Notes: generated by a model not told the origin, from the sequence alone. A stretch of DNA of 63,843 nt, filler included, from Octopus bimaculoides (GCF_001194135.2; 5 parts of 5 records of this genome joined end to end with filler, not necessarily neighbours in it); one strand, 5' to 3'; positions 1 through 13,244 are shown, counted from the first letter of the whole stretch. Program-made: numbers and translations.

Positions 1-1598
1 TTTTTTTTTTTTTTTTTTGATGCACATTCCTAGTGGAGTGGTCATGCTTACACTGTAAAGCCAGAATTAAGGATGTCACTGAAATTCCAATGAAGGAGCC
101 TTGGATTTATGTTTGAAGCCGGCTCTTTTTTTATTGGCATGAAATCTTGAAATAAAACTAAAACATGACATAAATATCGTTTTTGAATTTATTTCGTGAG
201 ATACTTGTGTTGAGATATGTTTTTGTCATATGTTGGGAGGGTCACTCTGCCAATATTAAACACATGTACAGATTCTATTTCTCTTTTTTATTATTCATTT
301 AGCAATTGCTTAAGTATTTAATTCAGTTTGATTAATCGTTCGCTCAATCAATCAATCCGTTTCTCAAATGTTTTTCGTTGTCCATACGCGACCTAGTCAA
401 TATGCTCTCCCTCTCCCCGGCCTCTCTCTCACTCTCTCTAAACGGTCTCTCCCTCACTCTCTCTCTTCATCTCTCTCTATTTCCTCTCTCTCCCTCACTC
501 TATCTCTTCCTCTCTCTCTCCCTCACTGTATCTCTTCCTCTCTCTCTCTACCTTGTGTATGTGTGTTCAATATTGTTTATATTCCTCAGGATGTTGCTAA
601 TTCACATTTGAACATATACATATGTGTGTGGTCATATTTCTGTGTATGTGTGTATGTATGTATGAAGATATATATATATATATATATATATATANNNNNN
701 NNNNNNNNNNNNNNNNNNNNNNNNNNNNNNNNNNNNNNNNNNNNNNNNNNNNNNNNNNNNNNNNNNNNNNNNNNNNNNNNNNNNNNNNNNNNNNNNNNNN
801 NNNNNNNNNNNNNNNNNNNNNNNNNNNNNNNNNNNNNNNNNNNNNNNNNNNNNNNNNNNNNNNNNNNNNNNNNNNNNNNNNNNNNNNNNNNNNNNNNNNN
901 NNNNNNNNNNNNNNNNNNNNNNNNNNNNNNNNNNNNNNNNNNNNNNNNNNNNNNNNNNNNNNNNNNNNNNNNNNNNNNNNNNNNNNNNNNNNNNNNNNNN
1001 NNNNNNNNNNNNNNNNNNNNNNNNNNNNNNNNNNNNNNNNNNNNNNNNNNNNNNNNNNNNNNNNNNNNNNNNNNNNNNNNNNNNNNNNNNNNNNNNNNNN
1101 NNNNNNNNNNNNNNNNNNNNNNNNNNNNNNNNNNNNNNNNNNNNNNNNNNNNNNNNNNNNNNNNNNNNNNNNNNNNNNNNNNNNNNNNNNNNNNNNNNNN
1201 NNNNNNNNNNNNNNNNNNNNNNNNNNNNNNNNNNNNNNNNNNNNNNNNNNNNNNNNNNNNNNNNNNNNNNNNNNNNNNNNNNNNNNNNNNNNNNNNNNNN
1301 NNNNNNNNNNNNNNNNNNNNNNNNNNNNNNNNNNNNNNNNNNNNNNNNNNNNNNNNNNNNNNNNNNNNNNNNNNNNNNNNNNNNNNNNNNNNNNNNNNNN
1401 NNNNNNNNNNNNNNNNNNNNNNNNNNNNNNNNNNNNNNNNNNNNNNNNNNNNNNNNNNNNNNNNNNNNNNNNNNNNNNNNNNNNNNNNNNNNNNNNNNNN
1501 NNNNNNNNNNCAAACAAACAAACAAACAAACAAAAAAATATCATCACAACAGGGATTTTTTATCAGAATCCTTCTTTGGATGTGTGCGTGTCTGCGTA

Positions 1599-1659
<61 letters not shown>

Positions 1660-2059
1660 ATTCTTCCCGATCTGAAGGCATTTTTCCTTATTTCTGAGGC
1701 AGATTATTTCTCGTTGGTATACATAAGTTGACTGTTTCACTCTTTAGTATCTTTCGTAGTCAATTTATAAACTAGCATACCCGTGACGTCAGCAACGACT
1801 ATAAATTTTGCAACATAGGTGGGGGAATGACTGATTTTAAGTTCAACAACAACTGATGTGAGATACAGTGACGGAAGCATCAATATTTCGTTGTCCCACG
1901 AAATAACATGCAGAACGTGGTCCAATATTCCATATTTTTTACGTGGTGTAGTTTAAATCCATAATTTGAAGGATTTTTTGGTAATTCGCATTGTTTTGGG
2001 AAGCAGTTGGTTAGATTGGATTCCAGTCCCTGTATTCGATCCTCAAAAGAGGTGGAGTT

Positions 2060-2510
2060 GTTAAAGAAGTCTAACTTGTCTTCAGTTTGTGCCCGTGCCT
2101 ATCCTCACTTATGGTAATCAATGTTGGATAATAACCGAAAGAGTACAACAGCAAATATAAAAGGCCAAAATAGGTTCTTCCGAAGGATCTCTGGAGTAAT
2201 GCTACTCGACAGGGTGCATAGCTCGGACATCAGGGAGTTTCCCCAGGTCGAGAAGCTACGTCTTCGCATTGAGAGGTCACAGCTCGTGTATTACGGACAT
2301 GCGATTAGAATCGCAAGACGGATTCTGCCAGCCAAGTCAACCAGTAGGGAAACAGATGTAAGGGTAGATAAGGAACTAGATGGCTGAACAATAGTCGTAG
2401 TTTCAGTGGGTTGCGCACGGGGATCCATTTAAAAAGTGCAACGACGGTTGCTTCTGATAGGACGCTATGGAGGAGGTACCTGAGGATACCACCTCAACGA
2501 TCCCCTTAGG
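2060..2510 (+). mobile_element. RTE-clade LINE 3' fragment (decayed)
   Basis: Frameshifted translation gives ..VP-ILTYGNQCWIITER.. then RFFRRISGVMLLDRVHSSDIREFPQVEKLRLRIERSQLVYYGH, the post-RT C-terminal pattern of RTE LINEs. Confidence 0.75.
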
Positions 2511-2589
2511 AATAGTGGGCGAGGAAGATGGAGGGAAGGGGAGCTAGGGAGCGATGGAGGGGGAAAGGAAGGAGAGGTGAAATCGGTTT

Positions 2590-2800
2590 CAAATTTTTGG
2601 CAAAAGGCCAGCAAATTCTGAGAAGGGGGGTTAATCGATTACGTTGACCTCAATCATCAACTGGTACCTACTTTATCGACCCTGAAAGGATGAAAGGCAA
2701 AGTCGACCTCGGCGGAATTTGAACTCAGAACGCAAAGACGGACAAAATGCCGCTAAACATCTTGCCTTGCGTGCTAACGATTCTGCCAGCTCACCGCCCA
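2590..2800 (-). mobile_element. tRNA-derived SINE family A (central GTCGAC-TTTGCCTTTCATCCTTTC-GGGTCGATAAA segment, probably MetaSINE-type)
   Basis: Reverse complement reads GGCGGTGAGCTGGCAGAATCGTTAG (A-box-like) ... GAGTTCAAATTCC (B-box-like) followed by the conserved core. More than 15 similar copies occur in the window. Confidence 0.85.
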
Positions 2801-3324
2801 AGCGAGAGGGATAATATCGTAGTACCGACTACCTTCATAGTCATTGCGTACCATCTAACATTGACTGAATATGTCGTTCAGTTAAACTAAAATTGTAATG
2901 TCTTGTTCATTCAGCCGTTTTGAGGGGATTTGGCTGATATTTCTACCACATTAGAAAAACATACAGTGGCTCCCTCTTCAGTTATATATTTATTAGATAA
3001 TAACAATGTTCCTACGTGTGTTATTTTGAAATTTGGCAAATGACCAACACTTCTGGTAATATGTTCCATATTTTTCTCACTATATTTCGGTCTGTGGCCA
3101 CACAGGGTATCCTTGAGTGAGAACCTAGTTTCTTACGACAATAGTTATCACCATAGCAACGTACCATTCGCGTAAGCATTGCGTTTCTATAGTAACAGCT
3201 TCAGTTGTCACGTGCGTGCTGGGTAACATGGGACAAGCATCTGCGGAAATGATATTATACATTCAAAATGGTTTGCTGTCTTTGCAGTTACATATACACA
3301 CAACCACACACATACACACGCATG

Positions 3325-3369
<45 letters not shown>

Positions 3370-3373
3370 ACAC

Positions 3374-3444
<71 letters not shown>

Positions 3445-3528
3445 NNNNNNNNNNNNNNNNNNNNNNNNNNNNNNNNNNNNNNNNNNNNNNNNNNNNNNNN
3501 NNNNNNNNNNNNNNNNNNNNNNNNNNNN

Positions 3529-3596
<68 letters not shown>

Positions 3597-3608
3597 ATGT
3601 ATATAGGT

Positions 3609-3649
<41 letters not shown>

Positions 3650-3828
3650 TATACATATATACATGTGTGTATATGTATGTACATGTAATATGTGTGTGTG
3701 TTTGTGTTTGTGTACTTACATGCTTACACGTATATACATGTATGTAGATATACATACAAATGCAGATATACAAATACACACAGTCAGACATACGTACTCC
3801 TTTGCGGACACACAATGTATCTATATGA

Positions 3829-3888
<60 letters not shown>

Positions 3889-4289
3889 ATATATGTAAGT
3901 TTGGGTGGATGGATGGATGTTTGGATGGATGGAGATATGTATATATGTTTATCGCTCTTTCTATTTTTCATAATCCTATTACTTCTTTCTTCCGCCATGT
4001 TTGTGTGTGTGTGTGTGAGCGTGTATGTGTGTGTGTGCGTGTGTGTGTGTGTGTGTGTGTGCGTGTGTGCGTGTGTGCGTGTGTGTGTTTGTGTAAGCTT
4101 ATATACGTATATGCATATGTGTCTGTGTGTGTTTTTGTTTCAAATAGAAGAAAAAGCGAGAGACAGACAGACAGACAGACAGAGACAGTCATGGGTGAAA
4201 ATAAGAAACAGAATCCCTTAGACAGACAGACAGACACATAGACGTTTTATTATCATTATCTTATGATTTTTACTTTGTATTATATCATA

Positions 4290-4496
4290 CTTATTTATCG
4301 TGCATTTACTTATTAATTTTTCTATACGTGACTGTGGATTTTCATGGATTAGTTCATGAATTTTGGTTCTTTTTCTCTAAAACTATATATTTATATATTT
4401 TATACTGTGAAACTTAATTTATTTTAATTTTTAATAAATTGAATTTAATTGAGATTTTAACGGTAAATTTGGATTTTTATCCCTAATATTATATAT
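4290..4496. repeat. AT-rich dispersed repeat, also present inverted at about 22330-22560
   Basis: GGATTTTCATGG..TTGGTTCTTTTTCTCTAAAACTATATAT..TTAATTGAG..TTGGATTTT..CCCTAATATT aligns by eye to the reverse complement of 22330-22560, which lies on a different scaffold. Confidence 0.65.
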
Positions 4497-5685
4497 NNNN
4501 NNNNNNNNNNNNNNNNNNNNNNNNNNNNNNNNNNNNNNNNNNNNNNNNNNNNNNNNNNNNNNNNNNNNNNNNNNNNNNNNNNNNNNNNNNNNNNNNNNNN
4601 NNNNNNNNNNNNNNNNNNNNNNNNNNNNNNNNNNNNNNNNNNNNNNNNNNNNNNNNNNNNNNNNNNNNNNNNNNNNNNNNNNNNNNNNNNNNNNNNNNNN
4701 NNNNNNNNNNNNNNNNNNNNNNNNNNNNNNNNNNNNNNNNNNNNNNNNNNNNNNNNNNNNNNNNNNNNNNNNNNNNNNNNNNNNNNNNNNNNNNNNNNNN
4801 NNNNNNNNNNNNNNNNNNNNNNNNNNNNNNNNNNNNNNNNNNNNNNNNNNNNNNNNNNNNNNNNNNNNNNNNNNNNNNNNNNNNNNNNNNNNNNNNNNNN
4901 NNNNNNNNNNNNNNNNNNNNNNNNNNNNNNNNNNNNNNNNNNNNNNNNNNNNNNNNNNNNNNNNNNNNNNNNNNNNNNNNNNNNNNNNNNNNNNNNNNNN
5001 NNNNNNNNNNNNNNNNNNNNNNNNNNNNNNNNNNNNNNNNNNNNNNNNNNNNNNNNNNNTCATATATATTTATTTATTTATAAGTTTATTTATAAGTATA
5101 TTTAATTAATTATAATTATATTTATGTGTTTATATATATATATATACATATGTGTTTATATAATTATTACAAATTAAAAGGGTAAAGGATTATCAATTTA
5201 TTAATTAATAAATCAATTAACAATTAACAATTTTTACCAAGCCCATCGGTATGAAAGCACCATTATTGGTGGAGAACTTATTTAAAAGCTCATATATATT
5301 TATTTATTTATAAGTTTATTTATAAGTATATTTAATTAATTATAATTATATTTATGTGTTTATATATATATATATATATACATGTGTACGATCATCTGTT
5401 TATTCGTGAATTTTGTTCACAAAGGTAAGAGTTAATGTTCTATTTTCGTCATTTCTTCGCTTTCACCTGTGCATATGAGTCGTTTCAGTGGTTTAGAGTC
5501 GTTTTGACTTCTAGGTGCGACTGCAAGAAATTGCATCGGGCTGACTGAGAATGCCTTCTTACACAGATACATGCATGACTTTGTTTCCATTTGAGAATAA
5601 AGTAACAGACACGCAACATCATTGTCTAATATAGTATAGTGCCGTAAATATAAAAACAAGGACAATCCCCAAATAAATTATTATT

Positions 5686-5762
<77 letters not shown>

Positions 5763-5811
5763 AATTATTATTATCATCATCATCATCATCATCATCATTA
5801 TTATTATTTTT

Positions 5812-6005
5812 ACTAAGACGGCGAGCTGGCAGAATCGTTACCTCGTTCTGAGTTCATATTCCTCCGAGGTCGACTTTACCTTTCATCCTTTCGGGGTCGA
5901 TGAACTAAGTACCAGTGAAGCACTGGGATCGATGTAATCGACCAGTGCCTTTCCCACAAAATTTCAGACCTTGTGTCTTTACTAGAAAAGATCGTTATTA
6001 TTATT
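5812..6005 (+). mobile_element. SINE family A copy inside a (TTA)n tract
   Basis: Head GGCGAGCTGGCAGAATCGTTA, core GTCGACTTTACCTTTCATCCTTTCGGGGTCGAT, short TTATTATT tail. Preceded by (TTA)n at about 5678-5810. Confidence 0.85.
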
Positions 6006-7141
6006 TTCTCTTTATCACAGGTTTTGTTGGAGATCCTGTGAGTCTTACATGCGTAGCAGATTTGCTACCGGCAGCCTACGGTACCATGCTATCCATTCTT
6101 TTCAGCTATGTATTCCTTTCCTGATTATTCTGGCCGTGCCAAGGAGGCAAGCCTTTCGTAACAGTTTTACTGGGCACTCTATTCCAATTTCCTTTATATT
6201 CCCTTTGATGCCTTTTGATACTGCTCCCGAGGACCCAACGATAATTGGTACTATCTTCACCTTCATTTTCCATAGCCGGGCTATTTCGTACGTAAGAGGG
6301 TTGTATTTATCTACCTTTTCGCCTTCATTCTTGAACATTCATGGGTCAAAGAGGCATGCAACATCAACTATATAGCATATGTGGTGCGTCTTGTCGACCA
6401 CCACTAGGTCTGGTCTATTATGTTCTAGCACCTGATCTGTTTGGATTGGAAAATCCCAGAGAATTTTGCTTCTCTCCGACTCTGCCACTCTCTGAGGCCT
6501 GTGTTCATACCACGTCTTGCCTATCTCTAGCCCCCAGTTTTTACACAGTTTCCAATGTAGCACTTTCGCTACCTGATCGTGTCGCCACAACTTGTAGTGG
6601 TTTAGGACAAGTCTAAGGCATTCGTTTGTGCTATGGACACTGGTTTCATCCACTCTATTGCAGAAGCTGCACAGCGGAGATACTTACTCATTCCTAAGAC
6701 TGACACTCCAGTTCATGGCCAAAGTTTGGTCTTGCGCTGCCAGTATAGTGCTCTCGGTCTCATTTTTTTTAGTGTTCCCTTCATCAGCCAATCCCACCTA
6801 CTTTTTCCAGCAACTTCTGCTGTGGCTGCATGGAACTGATTGTGTAGTCCGTTCTTGCATAATTCTTTTTCATGCCCTTTTTGCACATTTTCAGTTGTTT
6901 TTCCTTTTTTTTTTTCTCCACTTTCAATATTCTCTCGTTCCTAACTGTCACTTGCAAGGTTTCCTTACTCTGTATGCAGTAGCAGAAAATATGAGAAGCC
7001 TTATATGGGAATAGCATGAAATGCTGGGGAACGGAAGTGACAGCAGGGAATCAAGTATTAGGAGAGGTGAAAATGAAGAAAGGTATCTTCCAGGGAGACA
7101 GTGTGTCCACATTGATCTTTGTGCTGGGAATGATCCCTTTG

Positions 7142-7142
<1 letters not shown>
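6006..7142 (-). mobile_element. R4/Dong-clade (restriction-like endonuclease) non-LTR retrotransposon relic with inverted 5' piece
   Basis: Minus strand: CCHC knuckle remnant (..CSFCNRVDETSVH..C), RHDQVAKVLHWKLC, ILWDFPIQTDQVLEHNRPDLVVVDK..IVDVAC, KYNPLTYEIARLW, VPIIVGSSGAV, KACLLGTARIIRK. Plus strand about 7010-7142: RT motif KGIFQGDSVSTLIFVLGMIPL. Confidence 0.9.
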
Positions 7143-7236
<94 letters not shown>

Positions 7237-7237
<1 letters not shown>

Positions 7238-8170
7238 CAAGACGGTGACCTGACAGAATAGTTAGCGCACCGGACAAAATGCTTCGTAGTATTTCGTCCA
7301 TCTTTACGTTCTAGGTTCAAATGACACCGAGGTCGACTTTGCCTTTTACTCTTTAGGGGTCGATAAAATAAGTACGAATCAAGTACTGGGATCATTGTCA
7401 TCTACTTCTTCCTCCACCTAATACTGCTCTCCTTGTATAAAAATTAGACGGAATTATTCCTATTATTTTTGTTAAATTCCGCTGAGGTCATTTGTGCCTT
7501 TCGTCCTTTTCAGCGTCGATAAAAGAAGAACTAGTTGAGCACTGACGTGGACGTAATCGTCTTTCCCACAAATTTTCAGGCTTGTTTGCCCATAGTAGAA
7601 AGGATTATTATTGTTCTTGTTCTTAAGGTGGCGAGCTAGCAGAATCTTTAACACGCCGGACAAAATACTTAGTGGTATTTCGGTTGTCTTTATGATCCGT
7701 GTTCAAATTCCGCCGGAGTCGACCTTGCCCGTCATTCTGTTGCAGTCGATAAAATGAATACCAGTTGAACACTGGGTCGATGTAAATTATTTACCCCTCC
7801 CTCTAAATTGCTGACCTTGTGTCAATATTTGAAACCGTTATTATTGTTGTTCTTGTTGCTATTGCTACTGCGGGGCGGCTAGCTGGCAGGGTCGTTAAAG
7901 CGCTGAACAAAGTGCTAAGCCGTATTTCTTCTCAGTTCAAATTCTGTCCAGGTCAGCTTTGCATTTCATCCTCCTGTGGTCGATAAAATATGCACCAGTT
8001 GAGCACTGGGTTAATGTAGTCGACTTTCCCCTCCTTCCAACATTGCCGGTCTTGTGCCAAAATCAGAATAAATTACAGTTATTATTTACCCTTTCGGGGT
8101 CGATCTACTTGACTCTTCCTCCCCTCAAAATTACTCAACCTTGTGCCAAAATTAGAAAGAATTATTATTA
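7237..8170 (+). mobile_element. Head-to-tail chain of five SINE family A copies (three near full length, two partial)
   Basis: Copies start near 7237, 7470 (partial), 7622, 7870 and 8087 (partial). Each ends in ATT-rich tails and all are on the + strand. Confidence 0.8.
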
Positions 8171-9568
8171 TCGTTACTGACATTTCCTATGCTTCCTCTT
8201 TCCTTTTTCATCTTCACAATTTTGCTTCTTATTTTCCTTCAACACCGTCTGCCTATAACGTCTCTTTTTTTTTCTATTCATTCTTTTCCCAACCATCTCC
8301 TCCTCCTCCTCCTCCTCTTCCTCTGTCATCTCCTTCATTTGACTTCTTCCTTTTCTCCTTTCAGTTTTCCTTCTCCGATTTCTGTTTACCATCGTCAGGT
8401 TTGTCTGTCGCAAACAATCAGCATAGAATGCCGTCTGCTCTGTAATAGCGTCCCGGTCAGCTATACTTAGACTGACTTTTAATAGAGCTAAATGGTCGCC
8501 TTATCTGACAGGAACCATTCTTCAACTATTTCGTTTGTTTGTTTTATTCGTTTACGGCCATTACTGTACTACATACACACACGCATACATACATTCATAC
8601 AAACACATTCTTATAAAAATACATGCATAAATGCACATGCAAAAATCTTACACTTATATAAACAAAATAGCAATATATATACTTATACGTACATCAAAGC
8701 GTACAAGAATACATACTTAGATACCTAATGAATAACACAGACATTTTCATCTCGTATAGATAGCAGAAGCAGGAATTGATACATGTATAATATGGGTGCA
8801 AAAAATATATATCTATGTCTGGGTGATAGAGAAACGGAAAGAAGAGACAGATAGACAGACAAACAGACAGAGCATGTGTATTTATGTGTAAGTGTATGAG
8901 AAAGCTAATCTCTGTTTGTAAAGTGGTCATGTACAATGTATGTAAAAACAGCGAGCACTTCGTTAATGTAAATTCGGTTAGACATGACTATACAAACCAG
9001 TAAATTGGAATGAAAAACTTTGGAACTTAATCAAAGAAAAATAACAAAATACAAAGCAAAACCTACGTCCTTATGGATTCGTTTACAATTGCAAACATCT
9101 TCGGAAGACTTTTAAAGAGATTGGTCCATTTGTAAGGTTGATTTATTAATTTTTTTACCCCCTCAAAGAATATATCATTTTATACACCAAAACGATTTGG
9201 TGAAACGGCGGCTTGTATCGAAAGAGTATCAAAAATAAAATGTTTCAAGTGGTGTTAGAAATATCTCCGTGAATCTCAATAGCAAAATTCTTATCTGTTT
9301 CCTTATTTTGGCGGTACGATTTTATATCACAACTATCGTTTTGTAAATAATAAAATAAATTCTCCATCGTCTGAAGATGACCAGAGTTGTGACCAAAGAC
9401 TCAAGAATTTTCTGCAGCGGAAATTTATTTATTGTTTTGCATTTTTTTTTCTTACTCCATTTACGAGCAAATTACTTCGTAACCGTCATAACAACTCTAC
9501 AGATTATTAAAAAAATAGCTTGATAGTAGGAAAGTAAAGCAAATACAGTACATGCACACAGACAGGCA

Positions 9569-9609
<41 letters not shown>

Positions 9610-9722
9610 ACGACACACACAAATACACGCGCACACACACATACAGACACAAGCGTACATATATTTATGTGTTTATGCCTATGCGTGTGTGTGTGTGTGT
9701 GTGTTTGTGTACATATATTGTT

Positions 9723-10013
9723 GTTGGCACTCCGTCGCTTACGACGTCGAGGGTTCCAATTGATTCAATACTCGTGAAATTAACGTGCAAGTGGCTGAGC
9801 ACTCCACAGACACGTGTATCCTTAACGTAGTTCTCGGGGATATTCAGCGTGACAAGGCTGACCCTTTGAATTACAGGCACAGCAGAAACAGGAAGTAACA
9901 GTGAGAGAAAGTTGTGGTGAAAGAGTACAGCAGGGTTCGCCACCATCCCCTGCCGGAGCCTCGTGGAGCTTTAGGTGTTTTCGCTCAATAAACACTCACA
10001 ACGCCCGGTCTGG
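9723..10013 (-). mobile_element. SINE family B (head truncated)
   Basis: GTTGGCACTCCGTCGCTTACGACGTCGAGGG..GTGCAAGTGGCTGAGCACTCCACAGACACGTG..CCGGAGCCTCGTGGAGC. Near-identical to 23482-23786. Confidence 0.85.
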
Positions 10014-10293
10014 GTGAATTATTTAAGCCCAAAAGAATTCCCCTCAACACACGGCTATGATGCTCCTTCACTATTTCTGCTCATGATCAGAGATGCACAT
10101 ATCGTCAGCCACTAAGGGACATGCTCAACTGGTTAAGGTCAAACAACTGACAGGCAAATCTGTGGTATTGAGCAGAATATTTGCTGTAGGCCATCTTTTA
10201 TACCAAGACAAAACAATGTACATGATAACACTTCCAATCAATTAAGATCAGAAGCCATGAGAGCCACTGCCTGGTACTGCATCAGGGCATTTA
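10014..10293 (+). mobile_element. Dispersed repeat family D (probable LINE 3' UTR) ending in (TTA)n
   Basis: Shares about 130 bp (AAGAATTCC-CTCAACACACGGCTATGATGCTCC..GTTAAGGTCAAACAACTGAC) with 52340-52477. Ends GGCATTTATTATTATT. Confidence 0.6.
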
Positions 10294-10506
10294 TTATTAT
10301 TATTCGTCCTGACGGAATGTACGTGCTTGTCTGCACGTAAGTTTTTGCTCTCAATTTTGGTTTCCAAAAGTTAACTACTTTATTTTGTTTCTAAACGTTT
10401 AATCAAAACACCACCTAGGTTGGCTGTTTTGGGTTGTTAGCACCCATTTGGAGGCTGTAATCTAAAAATAATTTTTTTCAGCATTAATTTTTAAAAAGAT
10501 AACAAA

Positions 10507-10562
<56 letters not shown>

Positions 10563-10631
10563 TGATGATGTAATTCCTATACTGTGAAATACGCATAACA
10601 CGGAATTAAAGATATATCACATTTTCCAGTC

Positions 10632-10685
<54 letters not shown>

Positions 10686-11705
10686 GATACAGAGATAGGG
10701 AGGGGGAGAAGGACAGAGAAATAACTACAGACACACAATTACTGAAAGTGTTAGACAATGTTCCGCCATTGAATTTTCTTTTTTTCATTTGGTTGTCTGT
10801 TGATGCTAAACAGATGTTTTGAAATGTGTTAAAATGTAAACGGAGTCAACTGAAAAGTGAAAGGTTAACAACCTAAAGGTTAAAGGTGAAACATGTGAAT
10901 GTTATTAAAGGAAGCGTTTGACTGATAACACGTTCCTATAATCGATATCACCTCATATCTGAAAGCCACTGCAAACCATTTGATCTGTTCTGTTTAATTT
11001 ATTCTCTACCAACGAAGTTTGTTAATAAGGCAGAGAGAGACAACTTTTTATTGTTATTTAAGCAGCCTACACCCAAATGCGTTTCACCTCGCAGCGCAAG
11101 AAATCTCAGTCTTTCACTAGCTTTGATAAATCTGCAATATCATACTGTATGTCTCTGTCGATAACCTCAATAAAAAGAGATTTTCGTCATCTGTTAGGAC
11201 GTAGAAGACTCTAAAATAAAATATAAATCTGGTGTGGCCTGTTCCTCAGCACAATAGCATTAACTAGAAAAGATTACCGAGCGTTGAGCAACAATAATTC
11301 AGATGGGTAGAACGTATCCCTAAATCTCCTTGATTATCTTGTTATAGGCAATACGGGCCAGTACCTTGCAGATCAAGAAATCTGTCTTACCATCATACTA
11401 TCATACTCGACGAGGGATACCCTCAACTGATTGATAACTGAATTACCTCGGTTTTACACTTGGTTCTGAGAAGCTCTGTCGCTTATATGAGGATGGATTC
11501 TGATTTACTTCCCTTGAAATTCCGTGGGACAGGTTTTCTCACCAACGACTTCGGCTGAATTTCTTTAATCCCTACGTTCTTTCACTATATATAAGAAGAA
11601 ATGGTTAAATTTGCGCAAAATTTTCACTCACATGCATGCACACACACGCACACATACGCATACATACACACACAAGTTTTTTTTCACACAGGAAGTAAAT
11701 ATTTG

Positions 11706-11737
<32 letters not shown>

Positions 11738-11837
11738 NNNNNNNNNNNNNNNNNNNNNNNNNNNNNNNNNNNNNNNNNNNNTTAATTAATTAANNNNNNN
11801 NNNNNNNNNNNNNNNNNNNNNNNNNNNNNNNNNNNNN
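11738..11837. other. Artificial scaffold-joining spacer (44 N + TTAATTAATTAA + 44 N)
   Basis: Exactly 100 bp. The 12-mer is palindromic with stops in all six frames. Four identical occurrences. Confidence 0.97.
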
Positions 11838-12002
11838 ATATATATATATATATATAATATTTGTTTGATTGCATAGGTTTTCATATATGTATATGTTATA
11901 CATGCCTGTCTTTTCAAATATTAACCATTGCACTGAAATTTTAATCATAATATCTAATTTTGGTCATTCTCTTTTTTTCTCTTTTCTTCACCACTATTGC
12001 AG

Positions 12003-12144
12003 TACAAAACTTTATTACATTTAGCCAAGATGGAAGATACATATAGCGAGAATTCTGGGGAAACTGGGGCATCAGACAGTGGTCGTGGCGGGAGTGAAGA
12101 AGATGTGCAACTGAATCGCACCCCGTATCAGAACAGTAAATCAG
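12003..12144 (+). CDS. Internal exon, protocadherin cytoplasmic region (cephalopod/lophotrochozoan type)
   Basis: Long polypyrimidine tract + TTGCAG acceptor and G|GTAAGG donor. 142 bp, phase 0 to phase 1. YKTLLHLAKMEDTYSENSGETGASDSGRGGSEEDVQLNRTPYQNSKS. The S-D-S-G-R-G motif resembles the conserved cytoplasmic motif of delta-type protocadherins (recalled, not searched). Confidence 0.75.
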
Positions 12145-12867
12145 GTAAGGGAATTCCCAGAGAAACGCTAGTCTTTGTTACAGTGGACAACGATACCATT
12201 ATATACTGAATGAAATTTCGCACCAAATACCTACAAATAACAAAAGAAAAATGTATGAAAAAAACAAGTTGTCAATTAAAGAATCCATTGTGGAGATGAA
12301 ATTGCCGTTATTTGTTGAAATTGTCTGTGAATCACAGGTAATTTGCGACACTATCAAAACAAAAAGCACCAGAGAAGAAGCTGATTCTTGTTGGAATTAT
12401 CCATCTGGTCAAGGTAAATTTTGCAATGTCAAATTCCGTAAGTCTGTACTTTATGTCCAGATAATCTCTTGTGAGTGTGGTTTTTGTTTCTGCAGTGAGG
12501 CATTTTCATGCTAAATTCTTCCCTTAATGGTGAAAATAAACAAACACCCAGGACAAGTCAAGATATGGAATCATATCAAATCACATGACATACTTGAATC
12601 TGAAAAAATTTGAAATATTTCTTGGTATATTTTTTGTCCTTTTTTTTTGTTTTTTACTTTTTCTTTGTGTTTTTTTTTTGTTTTGTGTAATTTTAATTTT
12701 CGTTTCTGTTTGTTTCATTTTTATTACTCTCTAAAGATTTATATTTCAACCACCTTCATATACTCAGAGATATGTGTATATATACACAAGCACAAGAATG
12801 GATTTGTGTTTTAACATATACATATGTATGTATGTATCTATGTATGTATGTATGTACATCTACACAC

Positions 12868-12943
<76 letters not shown>

Positions 12944-13244
12944 NNNNNNNNNNNNNNNNNNNNNNNNNNNNNNNNNNNNNNNNNNNNNNNNNNNNNNNNN
13001 NNNNNNNNNNNNNNNNNNNNNNNNNNNNNNNNNNNNNNNNNNNNNNNNNNNNNNNNNNNNNNNNNNNNNNNNNNNNNNNNNNNNNNNNNNNNNNNNNNNN
13101 NNNNNNNNNNNNNNNNNNNNNNNNNNNNNNNNNNNNNNNNNNNNNNNNNNNNNNNNNNNNNNNNNNNNNNNNNNNNNNNNNNNNNNNNNNNNNNNNNNNN
13201 NNNNNNNNNNNNNNNNNNNNNNNNNNNNNNNNNNNNNNNNNNNN

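Noticed and set aside
5061-5385. About 100-bp direct duplication (5061-5160 versus 5291-5385)
   Set aside because: It begins exactly at a gap edge, so a contig-end overlap artefact is as likely as a real duplication.
5812-8170. CRISPR-like array of repeated units
   Set aside because: Units are about 200-bp diverged SINEs with Pol III boxes in a eukaryotic genome, with no short identical repeats or unique spacers.
11782-11793. TTAATTAATTAA as a biological motif or regularly spaced repeat
   Set aside because: Always centred in exactly 88 N, so it is an artificial linker.
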